Source: Clostridia bacterium (lineage in GTDB: Bacteria > Bacillota > Clostridia > Christensenellales > UBA1242). From it: 64,000 nucleotides of DNA. Location: assembly GCA_017452445.1 (NCBI GenBank), contig JAFTMH010000004.1:200385-264384 (forward strand). Direction: 5' to 3'. The notes beneath the pieces were generated by a model that saw only the letters and a program-made list of their open reading frames with translations, was not told the DNA's origin and ran no database searches. Numbering within the stretch: the stretch's first letter is position 1; every line of letters begins with the position of its first letter. Shown here piece after piece: positions 17,543-27,124 of this stretch. Made by a program: the position numbers and the translations under genes.

Positions 17543-17713
17543 TTATTTTGTAATATCAATTGCTTCAACTGGGCAACTAGATTGACAAGCTCCGCAACGA
17601 ATACATTTTGCTCTGTCAATAACAGCCTTGCCTTCGCCGTCCAAAGAAATTGCTCCTACTGGACAAATTGCAACGCAAGTTCCACAGCCAATACATTTGT
17701 TTTTGTCTACCAT
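17543..17713 (-). CDS. 2x[4Fe-4S] ferredoxin (56 aa, absent from the ORF track)
   Basis: Hand translation: MVDKNKCIGCGTCVAICPVGAISLDGEGKAVIDRAKCIRCGACQSSCPVEAIDITK. Two CxxCxxCxxxCP motifs. AAGGAG SD 8 nt upstream. 171 nt including the TAA stop. Confidence 0.88.
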   Translation of the reverse strand: MVDKNKCIGCGTCVAICPVGAISLDGEGKAVIDRAKCIRCGACQSSCPVEAIDITK

Positions 17714-17776
17714 AATACAAACTCCTTGTTTATTTATTTATGCAATAAATATAACATAAAAAAGGAAATTTGTAAA

Positions 17777-18139
17777 CTATTTTTTGAATACTTTTGCAAA
17801 TTCAACCACTGCCAAACAGCAAAGAAATACACCGAAGACAATTTTTAGGATTTTAGATGGTAAAAATGACATTAAAAATGCCCCTAAAATTGCAAAAATA
17901 ATGCCAAAAAAAATTATATAAAAAATATTTTTTGTCGAGATAAACCCGTGCTTATAATGCACTGCGATTGACACCAATGCCATAAGCAAAAAACTAAACA
18001 AATTTATCCCTTGTGCAACCTTCTGATCAAGCCCTAAAAATATGGTCAAAATAGGGATTAAAAGTGTGCCACCACCCATGCCCAAACCACCAAAAACACC
18101 TGAGACAACACCAGCCAAAACATAATAAAAATAAAGCAT
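17777..18139 (-). CDS. TSUP (TauE/SafE, DUF81) family half-size membrane protein, C-terminal-half equivalent
   Basis: 120 aa, about 4 TM. GVFGGLGMGGGTLLIPIL motif. ATG 18139 preceded by GAGGTG (track start 18142 is TTG). Confidence 0.8.
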   Translation of the reverse strand: MLYFYYVLAGVVSGVFGGLGMGGGTLLIPILTIFLGLDQKVAQGINLFSFLLMALVSIAVHYKHGFISTKNIFYIIFFGIIFAILGAFLMSFLPSKILKIVFGVFLCCLAVVEFAKVFKK

Positions 18140-18172
18140 CAAAACACCTCAAAAAACATCTGATTTTGTATG

Positions 18173-18577
18173 TCAAAAAATCAATCTTATTCCACCAGCC
18201 AGCATGATAAACACAAAGATAATCCTTAAAATTTTTTCTGGCAAAAATTTGAGCAAAAACGCCCCCAAAACTCCACCTGCAACCACCCCGGCACTGACAG
18301 TAACAAATGACAATGTTTGCATGGTGCCATTGAGCATATAAACCACCACACTGACCAGCGAAATAGGCAAAATAATCACGATTGCTGTCGCATGCGAATA
18401 TTTGTCTGGCAAATGAAGCACCTTTTGCAATAAAGGGACACAAATCATGCCTCCTCCACCACCAAAAAAACCATTGACAAAACCAATCAATGCACCCATG
18501 CAACACAACCAAAGTTTTGTTTGGGCTGGCAATCTATTTTTTTTGCCCCCAAATCTCTCCATTTTTTGTCGTTTCAT
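18173..18577 (-). CDS. TSUP (TauE/SafE, DUF81) family half-size membrane protein, N-terminal-half equivalent
   Basis: 134 aa, about 4 TM. GFFGGGGGMICVPLL motif. ATG 18577 lacks an SD. Confidence 0.78.
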   Translation of the reverse strand: MKRQKMERFGGKKNRLPAQTKLWLCCMGALIGFVNGFFGGGGGMICVPLLQKVLHLPDKYSHATAIVIILPISLVSVVVYMLNGTMQTLSFVTVSAGVVAGGVLGAFLLKFLPEKILRIIFVFIMLAGGIRLIF

Positions 18578-18609
18578 AACAATATTATCTATAATTTTAA
18601 AAAAAATAT

Positions 18610-18638
18610 TTGATTATTTGATTTGAATGTATTATAAT
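18610..18638 (+). promoter_or_regulatory. promoter for the 1270-aa surface protein gene
   Basis: TTGATT (18610-18615), 17-nt spacer, TATAAT (18633-18638). Confidence 0.6.
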
Positions 18639-18670
18639 AAGTGAGTTGATATTATATAAAGGACCGGAAT

Positions 18671-21600
18671 ATGAAAAAACTTAAACAACTTAAAAGCAAA
18701 ATTATCATGTTTATCTTTGCACTTTTGTTGCCATTGTCAGCAGCAACAACTGTCGCATACACAACCGAAGTTAAGTCAGCAGACGCAGACACTTCGTCAA
18801 CAAACTATTTCTCAAGTTTCACCAAAGAAGTGTCAGTGACAAACGGAAACTTCAATTCAAGTGCTTCAACTTATCTCAACACTTCTCCATCTGGTTGGAC
18901 AAAGCAAGAAGACAAGCGCCGTGCAACTGCAGGCGTTATCCACACTGGATCAAACTTTGATTCAAACATGGCTTCAAACTATTACCTTTCAAACAACCCT
19001 GGTGTAAAAGACATAGCTGACAAACACATTTTGATGATCAACTCAAGGACTTCATCAACTTCTGACCACACTCCTGCAAAAGAAGGATTTAAGTCAAGTG
19101 CAGTTTCTTTGAAGGCAAATTCTTACTATTCATTCTCAGTGTCATTCAAAAGCGACACAAACTACACTTCAAAGACAACTTACATCTCTCAAGGCGAAAT
19201 TGGCGTTGCAAGATATGCACTCAAAACAAACTTCGAAAATGCAAAGGAAGATGAAAACGGAAGAAAATTTGTTATCTTCTCACACAACAGTGCAAACTAT
19301 TATGTTGAAAAGATTTTTACATCTGCTGCAACAATTGATGCTGACAAAACTTTGGCAAAAACAGATGTATTCTACGAAGGTGAAGATTATGTTGGATTCC
19401 ACAATGGCGACTCAATCGCTTATGTGAGAAAAGACGAAATCACAAAAAATGACGACAACTCATTCTCAGTTGCACAAGGCACAGAGACATTCGCCTGCAA
19501 CCTTGCATACAACAAGTCAACTGCAAGATATGATGTAAACTCATCAGAACTCTTCTACAAAACAAAAACAGAATACACAGCAATTGCTGACGAAACATTT
19601 GGATCTGTTTACCTTGACGGTTTGACAGATGCAGAAGGCAAAACAGTTGCTTACACGCAAATCCGTTCTAAAGATTGGACAACTCTCAACTTCTATGTTG
19701 CAACAGGATCAGAAGACAAAACAGTTGCAATGGAATTGTGGCTTGGCACTCGTGAAGCGGGAAGCAGTGGCGTTGTGTTCTTTGATGATTTCAAAGTTTA
19801 TCAACACAGCGAAAACGCATTCTGGACAGCATACAACACAGCATACGACAACAACTATTTTGAAAACAAACAAAACGGTGTAACAACCCTCACCTCAACA
19901 AGATGCACAAGTTTGGTTGACTTGAGAGAAACAGACATCGTTGACACATCTTCAAACAACTTCGACTTTGAAACAGTTGGCACAACAATCCAAAAATGGA
20001 CAGTTTCTGGCGAAGGACATGCAAGAGCGTTCAACACAAAAGCACCTCAATATTTTGAAACAACAACAGGATACGAATTTGTAGGTTCGCCTCTTGATTG
20101 CAAAGTAGCACTTGACGAAGACAACAAAGCAACAATCACAGCAAACAACTATGTGTTGGGACTTTGGGCAGAAAACAATTCAGTCAAAGTTACTTCAGCA
20201 CCTGTAACAATCAAATCAAACAAGCTTTACAGAGTTTCTGCAACATACAAAGTTTCAGAGATCACTAAAGGCAGTGTTTATATGTTTATTTCTGAAAACA
20301 GATCAGTTTTGAACGAAGTTTACAACCTCTCTGAAGAGTATTACACTCTCACAGAAGAAAAGGCAAGTTCGGGCACAACTGCAAATGGCGATTCAGAATT
20401 CAACAACAAATATGCAACAATCGAATTCTATGTTCAAGGAAACGCCCTTTACGATTCATCAATCAACATTTCACTTGGACTTGGCAAATCAGATGAAACT
20501 GCAACCGGTTGTGTTGTGTTTGACAATGTAAGAGTTGAAGAAACAACTTCTGCAAAAGCAGACGGAGCAACAAACAAAATTGTTCTCAACGAATTTACAG
20601 CAACACCTTCAGTTTCAAACGGAAACTTCAACAAAGTTACTACAACAACAGAAAATGTTTTGGGCAACCCTCAAAACTGGACAATCAACAAAGGCGAAGG
20701 TTTGACTTTCAATGGTGTGGTAAACACATACAGCAAGTCATATCAAGACTATGTTGACCAATACAACAACTTTGCTGGCCCAGCAGACGAAAACCCTTAT
20801 CTTTGGGCAAAATATTCAAACCCACTCAACAGCGAAAACAGTTCTGCTTATCCAGACAACATTTTGATGCTTGCAAACGAAACAGCATCATGGCAAACAG
20901 TAAGATCTGAAGAAATCGCTTTGGAAGCAAACAAAACTTACAAACTTTTCTTCGACTACAAAACAACAATTTCTGCACCAATCAAAGTTACAATCCAAAA
21001 TGCAAATGGTGTCAATCTCTTCGAATCAGAAGAACTTTGCTCAAACGGAGCTTGGACTGATGAAGGATATGCAATTTACTTCAAATCATTTGCCGGAGCT
21101 GAAAAAATCATAATCCAAATCACATTTGGATCACAATCTACTCCTGTAAAAGGTCTTGCATTCCTTGACAACTTTGCATTTATCTCAATTGAAGAAGATT
21201 TGTATAACTCATATGCAAAAGTTGCAGAAGCAAACAAAGATATTTATGGCGTTGCAGATTTTTCAAATTTGTATCTCAACATTCCAACAAACACAATTTC
21301 AAAAGAACTTGACTTTACTTCAGTGACACCTGCTTACTCAAGCGACAACTTCTCTGGAGACAAAGCAACAAACAAAGGCACAATCGTAAACAGCACAGCA
21401 TTTGCTGGAAACGAAGTGTTTGAAATTGAAGGAGATGAAAGACCTGTATTCTATTTGACAAACCAAGCACCTGGTTCATACACATTTGAATCAAAATTTG
21501 CTCTTGATTTGACAACTTCAGACGAAGGATCATCTTACTACAAACTTACATTTACAGTAAAAACATTCTTCAACTATTTGAACGATGGCGTGTCACTTGA

Positions 21601-22483
21601 TGAAGACAAAACTTATGACTACGGCATTTCAGTTGGCTTGACAGGATATGACTACTTGCAAACAACATCAAATGAAGAACATACAACTTACACAATCTAC
21701 TACAAACCTTCAGAAGCAACAAGCGCCAACCTTCACATCGCTCTTATCAGTGATGCAGCAGAAACTCAAGGAAGCGCAATTGTTTATGATGTGAAATTTG
21801 AAACAGCAACTGAAGATGACTATAACTTGGCAAAAGATATGATTGATGCCGAAGATTATGACCTTAACGAAGACAAAGTTATGATCGCAGAAGTAGCATC
21901 TGAAGATGGCGAAGAAGATGACAGCACAGAAGAAGAAACTCCTAAAGAAGACAAAGAAGAAACACCTTCAAACAACGAAGGCTTCTCATGGCTCTTGCTT
22001 GCATCAACACTTATCACAGGACTTGCAATCCTTGTTGCACTTGTTGGTTTGACACTCAAGAAAGTTAAGATCAAAAAGATCGAAAGAAAGAAACAAGCTT
22101 CTTACGACAGAAAATCAAGCTTGGACATTGATGTAATCAAAGTTAAAGCAAGAAAACAAAGAGATGAAGAAGCAGAAGCTCTTGAAACACAAATCAAGAC
22201 ATTCAAGAAAGAACTTGAAAACCTTGAAAAAACACACAAGAAGAGAGTTTTGGAATTGAGAGAAAAAGACAAAGGTCAAGTTTCAAAAGAAACTGACAGC
22301 GAATTTAAACAATTTGCAAAGAAACGCACAGTTGTTGCAGAAAAGGTTGATTCACTTGGCAAACAACTCGAAACAGTTAAGTCACCTGACTATTTGTTGA
22401 ACCTCGAAAAGAAAATCTATGCTCAAGAAGATTTGAAGAGAAGAAAACTTGTAAAAGATTCTAAAAAAGCTTCAAAGAAATAA
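18671..22483 (+). CDS. large surface protein: signal peptide, repeated CBM4_9-like modules, acidic linker, C-terminal TM helix, cytoplasmic K/E-rich coiled coil
   Basis: Signal peptide MKKLKQLKSKIIMFIFALLLPLSAATTVA. Module starts NGNFN...W near 18830, 19950 and 20606. TM FSWLLLASTLITGLAILVALVGLTL at 21983-22057, followed by a 141-aa charged tail. Promoter 18610-18638, terminator 22485-22522. Confidence 0.8.
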   Translation: MKKLKQLKSKIIMFIFALLLPLSAATTVAYTTEVKSADADTSSTNYFSSFTKEVSVTNGNFNSSASTYLNTSPSGWTKQEDKRRATAGVIHTGSNFDSNMASNYYLSNNPGVKDIADKHILMINSRTSSTSDHTPAKEGFKSSAVSLKANSYYSFSVSFKSDTNYTSKTTYISQGEIGVARYALKTNFENAKEDENGRKFVIFSHNSANYYVEKIFTSAATIDADKTLAKTDVFYEGEDYVGFHNGDSIAYVRKDEITKNDDNSFSVAQGTETFACNLAYNKSTARYDVNSSELFYKTKTEYTAIADETFGSVYLDGLTDAEGKTVAYTQIRSKDWTTLNFYVATGSEDKTVAMELWLGTREAGSSGVVFFDDFKVYQHSENAFWTAYNTAYDNNYFENKQNGVTTLTSTRCTSLVDLRETDIVDTSSNNFDFETVGTTIQKWTVSGEGHARAFNTKAPQYFETTTGYEFVGSPLDCKVALDEDNKATITANNYVLGLWAENNSVKVTSAPVTIKSNKLYRVSATYKVSEITKGSVYMFISENRSVLNEVYNLSEEYYTLTEEKASSGTTANGDSEFNNKYATIEFYVQGNALYDSSINISLGLGKSDETATGCVVFDNVRVEETTSAKADGATNKIVLNEFTATPSVSNGNFNKVTTTTENVLGNPQNWTINKGEGLTFNGVVNTYSKSYQDYVDQYNNFAGPADENPYLWAKYSNPLNSENSSAYPDNILMLANETASWQTVRSEEIALEANKTYKLFFDYKTTISAPIKVTIQNANGVNLFESEELCSNGAWTDEGYAIYFKSFAGAEKIIIQITFGSQSTPVKGLAFLDNFAFISIEEDLYNSYAKVAEANKDIYGVADFSNLYLNIPTNTISKELDFTSVTPAYSSDNFSGDKATNKGTIVNSTAFAGNEVFEIEGDERPVFYLTNQAPGSYTFESKFALDLTTSDEGSSYYKLTFTVKTFFNYLNDGVSLDEDKTYDYGISVGLTGYDYLQTTSNEEHTTYTIYYKPSEATSANLHIALISDAAETQGSAIVYDVKFETATEDDYNLAKDMIDAEDYDLNEDKVMIAEVASEDGEEDDSTEEETPKEDKEETPSNNEGFSWLLLASTLITGLAILVALVGLTLKKVKIKKIERKKQASYDRKSSLDIDVIKVKARKQRDEEAEALETQIKTFKKELENLEKTHKKRVLELREKDKGQVSKETDSEFKQFAKKRTVVAEKVDSLGKQLETVKSPDYLLNLEKKIYAQEDLKRRKLVKDSKKASKK

Positions 22484-22484
22484 A

Positions 22485-22522
22485 TAAAAAAGGATGTTGA
22501 ATAAACATCCTTTTTCTTTTTC
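22485..22522. terminator. bidirectional terminator between the 1270-aa protein gene and the zinc-ribbon gene
   Basis: Stem AAGGATGTT (22490-22498) pairs with AACATCCTT (22505-22513), flanked by A- and T-runs. Confidence 0.8.
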
Positions 22523-22561
22523 GTCTTTACATTTTGCCATACTGACAAAAAAAGATGATGA

Positions 22562-23056
22562 CTAAAAGTCGTCATCATCATCTTCAAAATCTTCTTCCTC
22601 TTCTTCTTCGTCATCAAGATCTTCGTCGTCAAGATCGATGCCAAGTTCTTCGCCAAGTTCGTCCAAGCCATCATCAGAAATGCTGTCATCAAAGCCAATG
22701 CCTGAATCCAAATCATCGTCCAATGTGTCTGTGCCAAGATCAGCAACAGTTGCCATATCGCCTGTTTCTTCGTCATCATAGATGATTTCTTCTTCATCAC
22801 GGTTGAGATATTCTTCCCAATCTGAAGAGATTTCCCCATCTTCTGTTTGATGATCTTTCAAACAAGTTGCACACATGATTTCATCTGGTTGAATATAGTT
22901 TGTTTTGCAAATTGGGCAAAGTTCCAAATCCAAATCGTTTACAAATTGATCTTTGTTTGCTGAAAGTTCTGCCTTGCAAACACTGCAAAGTTTGTCTTTC
23001 TTTTCGATGTAGTTAAGTTCGCATCTTGGACATCTAACATATACTGGTTTTTTCAT
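22562..23056 (-). CDS. double zinc-ribbon protein with long poly-acidic C-terminal tail
   Basis: ATG 23056 with GGAG SD (the track start 23116 adds 20 unlikely residues). CPRC...CSVC and CPIC...CATC, then about 100 aa of D/E-rich sequence ending EEEEEEDFEDDDDDF. Confidence 0.7.
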   Translation of the reverse strand: MKKPVYVRCPRCELNYIEKKDKLCSVCKAELSANKDQFVNDLDLELCPICKTNYIQPDEIMCATCLKDHQTEDGEISSDWEEYLNRDEEEIIYDDEETGDMATVADLGTDTLDDDLDSGIGFDDSISDDGLDELGEELGIDLDDEDLDDEEEEEEDFEDDDDDF

Positions 23057-23122
23057 AAAAACTCCTATTTCTTTATAACTGATATGTATTCTACATTTAT
23101 TTATGCATAATGTCAAACATTT

Positions 23123-23773
23123 TTAACAATCTTTTCTTGCTTTTTGTGCAAGCATGTCTTCTGCTTGAGAAAGTCGCAAATATGATGGATTTAAGTCATC
23201 AGGCAAAACGAAATCGCCTTGCTCTTCTTTTTCAAGTGCAAAATCCAAAAGATCTTTGCAGTCAATTTTCATTTCTTTGACATCGCTTGTCTGAACATCA
23301 CCTGCAAGCGCAAACTTTTCAATGTCAATTTGTTGATATTCTTCTTTACTTATCATTTTCTCTTCGCCCACAATTTTGCCATCGACATCAAATTGAGCCA
23401 CAAAAAACAAATCTGACAAGGCATTGATCACACACACAAACGCCCCACCATTCAATTTGCTTTTTGCAATTTTATATGCCATAAGTTGCAAAGATGACAA
23501 CGAAACAAATTTCAAATCTTTGCCAGCACACCCCAATGCTTTTGCAATTGCCACGCCAATACGAAGTCCGGTAAATGATCCCGGGCCAACCACAACGGCA
23601 ACAGTGCCAACATCAAGTACTTCTGTTGATGCCTCTTGACACATCTCATCAATTGATTTAAGCACATTTTCTGAGTGTTTGCTCTTTGCATCGATATCTT
23701 TTAAGACAACCTTACCTACGGCCGTTCTAAGTGCCAAATTTGCCGTCATAAACGCTGTATTAATTGCAAGCAT
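23123..23773 (-). CDS. tsaB: tRNA threonylcarbamoyladenosine biosynthesis protein TsaB
   Basis: GPGSFTGLRIGVAIAKAL motif, 216 aa, overlaps the upstream tsaE. Confidence 0.9.
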   Translation of the reverse strand: MLAINTAFMTANLALRTAVGKVVLKDIDAKSKHSENVLKSIDEMCQEASTEVLDVGTVAVVVGPGSFTGLRIGVAIAKALGCAGKDLKFVSLSSLQLMAYKIAKSKLNGGAFVCVINALSDLFFVAQFDVDGKIVGEEKMISKEEYQQIDIEKFALAGDVQTSDVKEMKIDCKDLLDFALEKEEQGDFVLPDDLNPSYLRLSQAEDMLAQKARKDC

Positions 23774-24203
23774 CGCTTTTCTCCTCTATCACAACAATTC
23801 TTCCATCAACCCCATTTTTGGTGATTGAAATTTCGTAGTCAACTTTTGTTATCAAACCATCAACATTTTCTGGCCATTCAACAAAGCAAACTCCGTCAAG
23901 AGTGCGCTTGTCAAAATATTCTTCAAAACCAACACCCATTGCTTCTTCTGCCGAAGACAATCTATACATGTCAAAGTGATAAACCGGAAATTTGGCATTG
24001 TATGTGTTGAGCAAAGTGAAAGTTGGGCTTGTAACCAAATCTTCACAACCAAGCGCTCTGACAACCTCTTTGACAAAAGTTGTTTTTCCTGCACCCAAAT
24101 CCCCTTTAAGCAAAACAATCATCGGTGGCTTGATTGCATTTGCAAATGCAGTTGCCAAATCCTTTGTTTGTTTCAAATCGTTAATTTCCATTTTTAATCT
24201 CAT
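23760..24203 (-). CDS. tsaE: tRNA threonylcarbamoyladenosine biosynthesis ATPase TsaE
   Basis: GDLGAGKTTF Walker A, SPTFTLLNTY, HFDMYRL. An alternative start exists at ATG 24191. Confidence 0.9.
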   Translation of the reverse strand: MRLKMEINDLKQTKDLATAFANAIKPPMIVLLKGDLGAGKTTFVKEVVRALGCEDLVTSPTFTLLNTYNAKFPVYHFDMYRLSSAEEAMGVGFEEYFDKRTLDGVCFVEWPENVDGLITKVDYEISITKNGVDGRIVVIEEKSDACN

Positions 24204-24747
24204 TTTTTGTTTCCTTTTTCTTAGCGCAATATCTCATAAACATTATTCCTGCGATGCAGATGACTGCAGAAATCGCAACCCCTGCCAAAACATCTGTCAA
24301 AAAATGTTTGCCCAAATACATTCTTGACAAGCAAACAAGCCCCACATAAAGTGCACACGACAACCCTACGCAAACTCGCATTGAAGTTGTTTTAAACTTC
24401 GAAAACAAAAAGTATGCCATAAAGATTGCAATAGCTGTTGCGCAAGCAGCGTGTCCACTAGGAAAAGAAAAGTCCGTGACCGAATCGCCTATGTTTTGAA
24501 TGTCGTCACACACAGCAAATGGTCTTGCTCTGCTGACAAGCAATTTGATTGTGTTTATTGTCAAAAACACAAAACCATATGTAAGCAAAAACCAAAAACT
24601 CATTTTTGCCTTAAATTTGAGAAAAAACAAGACAAGAGCCACAACCCCTATCACACTGCCAATGGCAGAAATCATTTGAAACGAAACATCAAAAAACTGA
24701 GATCTGCCCGACTGCAAGAACTTTATTATCTTAATCTCAAAATCCAT
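24181..24747 (-). CDS. PAP2-family phosphatase (membrane)
   Basis: PAP2 motifs SRARPF, PSGHAA and SRMYLGKHFLTDV. Multi-TM. Confidence 0.85.
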   Translation of the reverse strand: MDFEIKIIKFLQSGRSQFFDVSFQMISAIGSVIGVVALVLFFLKFKAKMSFWFLLTYGFVFLTINTIKLLVSRARPFAVCDDIQNIGDSVTDFSFPSGHAACATAIAIFMAYFLFSKFKTTSMRVCVGLSCALYVGLVCLSRMYLGKHFLTDVLAGVAISAVICIAGIMFMRYCAKKKETKNEIKNGN

Positions 24748-24832
24748 AGTGTTATTTTATCAAATAAGACAAAAAAATACAAACAAAACTTAAAAATATA
24801 ATTTATCACACAATAAGAAAAAGAAAATGCTC

Positions 24833-25420
24833 TCACACTTTCTTTCTACTTACACTTATTCCGTTGTCAAACTCATGAATTTGAGTTTCAAAATCTTCAT
24901 CTTCAGTCAATGCTGCAATAAACTTTCGCAAGTTGTTTACGATTGTACGATGCTTGTGCTCAATATGTTGATTTGATCTAACAAGACCATAAAACAAAAT
25001 GTCGTCACAAATCAAAATCCCACCTTTTTTAAGCATGTTTTTGATGAGTGGAAGATATTTGATATATTGTCCCTTTGGTCCATCAAGAAAAATAAAGTCA
25101 AATTGCCTGTTTTGGTTTGTTTGCAAATAGTCATAAGCATCACAGCAAACAACCTCAAACCTGCCCAAAAAGCCCAATTCTGTCAAATTTTTGACAGCAT
25201 CACGAGCATTATCTTCATATTTTTCCAAAGTGGTGACATGACAACCATCAAAAGCATCAAGCATAATGCCTGCCGAATAGCCAATAAAAGTGCCAATCTC
25301 CAAGATTTGTGCTGGTTTTTGGGCAATCACAAAATCTTTGAGAAGTTGCATGCTTTTGTTTCGCACAATAGGTCTATATTCGTGCGAGTCAAATCCCACA
25401 AATTCTTCTTTCTCTTTCAT
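24833..25420 (-). CDS. class I SAM-dependent O-methyltransferase (family 3, YrrM/TrmR-like)
   Basis: ILEIGTFIGYS SAM-binding motif, FDFIFLDGPK, GGILICDDIL. Confidence 0.8.
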   Translation of the reverse strand: MKEKEEFVGFDSHEYRPIVRNKSMQLLKDFVIAQKPAQILEIGTFIGYSAGIMLDAFDGCHVTTLEKYEDNARDAVKNLTELGFLGRFEVVCCDAYDYLQTNQNRQFDFIFLDGPKGQYIKYLPLIKNMLKKGGILICDDILFYGLVRSNQHIEHKHRTIVNNLRKFIAALTEDEDFETQIHEFDNGISVSRKKV

Positions 25421-25429
25421 TAAAAAATC

Positions 25430-27085
25430 CTAGTCGAGCAAAACGATTGTCAAAATCATAGGTCTGCGTTTTGTTCTCTTGTAAATAAAGTTTGAAACAT
25501 TTCTTCTTACGGTGTTTTTGATGACTGCAGGTTCGCAACCACGCAAATCTTGTTCTTTCAAACAAGCAACAATCATGTTTTTTGTGTCTTGCACAAAAGA
25601 TTCTGCTTCGTCTTGATAAACAACCCCACGAGTGATGATGAAAGGTTCGCCAACCACATCGCCAGAGATGTTGTTGATTGTCATAACAACCACACAGAAA
25701 CCATCTTCTGAAAGTTGTTTTCTTTCTCTCAAAACATTGCTGTCCATGTCGCCAATGCCATAACCATCAATCAATCTTTGTCCAGCAGTCACTGTGCCAA
25801 CCTTTTTGATTGAGTTTTGTGACATTTCAATTTGTGTGCCAAGTGTGGCAAGAATAATGTTTCTTTCTTCCATACCCAAATTCATTGCAAGTTGTTTGTG
25901 CATCTTGAGATGTCTATATTCACCGTGAACAGGGATAAAGAATTTTGGTTTAACCAAAGAATGAATTGTTTTGATTTCTTCTTGACAAGCGTGTCCTGAT
26001 GCGTGAACTTCTGAAAGTTCGTCATAAATCACATCTGCGCCTCTTTGGAAGAGTGCGTTGATAACATTGTAAACGCTCTTTTCATTTCCAGGGATTGGAG
26101 ATGAAGAGAAAACAATCAAGTCGTTTTCGCCAATTTTGATTTGCTTAAATTCGCCTGTTGCCATTCTTGTCAAAGCGCTCAAAGGTTCGCCTTGACTTCC
26201 TGTTGTGACAATAAGAAGTTCTTTGTCAGCAACCTTGTCAATCTTGTCAATGTCAACCAAAATGTTTTTGTTGAATGTGATTTCTCCAATCTTTGCACCA
26301 ACATCAGTAATGTTGATCATGCTTCTGCCGGTAAAGGCAACCTTTCTGCCGTATTTTTCAGCCAAATTCAAAATTTGTTGAAGTCTGTGAATGTTTGAAG
26401 CAAAAGTTGCAACAAAAATTCTGTTTTCTGTGTGTGTTTTGAAGATTTCGTCAAGAGCTCTTCCAACGCTCTTTTCACTCATAGAATAACCTGGTCTGCA
26501 TACATTGGTGCTTTCGCACATCAAAAGGTTTACTCCCTTTTTGCCGAGTTCGCCAAATCTTTGCAAGTCTGTCATTGCCCCATCGATAGGCTCAAAGTCA
26601 ATCTTAAAGTCGCCCGTGTGCACAACATTTCCTGCTGGAGTTGAAATACACAATGCCAAAGCGCCTGCAATTGAGTGAGAAACTTTGATAAATTCAACTG
26701 CAAAATGTCCAATTTTGAGCACATTTTTTGGTTTTACTGTCACTGCTTTGTAAGAAACTTTTGCGTGTTCTTTCATTTTGTTTTCTACAAGCGCAAGTGT
26801 CAATCTTGATCCATAAACAGGTGCTTTGATTTGTTCCAAAACAAATGGAAGTGCACCAATGTGGTCTTCGTGACCGTGTGTCAAGATGATTGCTTTGATT
26901 TTGTCTTTGTTGTTGATAAGATATGTGAAGTCAGGAATAACAACATCAATACCTGGCAAATCGTCACCAGGAAATGTCAATCCAGCATCAACAACAATGA
27001 TTTCGTTGTTATATTCGAAGGCAGTCATGTTTTTTCCAATTTCACCAACACCGCCCAAGAAGGTGATTTTCAATTTGTTGTTCAT
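25430..27085 (-). CDS. rnj: ribonuclease J
   Basis: 551 aa. FLGGVGEIGKNMT, metallo-beta-lactamase HGHEDHIG, beta-CASP region and C-terminal domain. Confidence 0.95.
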   Translation of the reverse strand: MNNKLKITFLGGVGEIGKNMTAFEYNNEIIVVDAGLTFPGDDLPGIDVVIPDFTYLINNKDKIKAIILTHGHEDHIGALPFVLEQIKAPVYGSRLTLALVENKMKEHAKVSYKAVTVKPKNVLKIGHFAVEFIKVSHSIAGALALCISTPAGNVVHTGDFKIDFEPIDGAMTDLQRFGELGKKGVNLLMCESTNVCRPGYSMSEKSVGRALDEIFKTHTENRIFVATFASNIHRLQQILNLAEKYGRKVAFTGRSMINITDVGAKIGEITFNKNILVDIDKIDKVADKELLIVTTGSQGEPLSALTRMATGEFKQIKIGENDLIVFSSSPIPGNEKSVYNVINALFQRGADVIYDELSEVHASGHACQEEIKTIHSLVKPKFFIPVHGEYRHLKMHKQLAMNLGMEERNIILATLGTQIEMSQNSIKKVGTVTAGQRLIDGYGIGDMDSNVLRERKQLSEDGFCVVVMTINNISGDVVGEPFIITRGVVYQDEAESFVQDTKNMIVACLKEQDLRGCEPAVIKNTVRRNVSNFIYKRTKRRPMILTIVLLD

Positions 27086-27124
27086 ATATTCTCCTTATAA
27101 AAATGTAACTGTGACAAACAAAAA

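Noticed and set aside
17777-18577. The split TSUP genes as a simple pseudogene.
   Set aside because: Two in-frame stops rather than one, an SD placed for the second half, and both halves keeping intact motifs all favour two genes. This remains open and is listed as a finding.
18578-18600. A leaderless start for the first TSUP gene (GATAAT-ATTGTT-ATG on the minus strand).
   Set aside because: No acceptable -35 element at 16-18 nt spacing. It is too weak to list as a promoter and is mentioned only as a possible member of the pattern.
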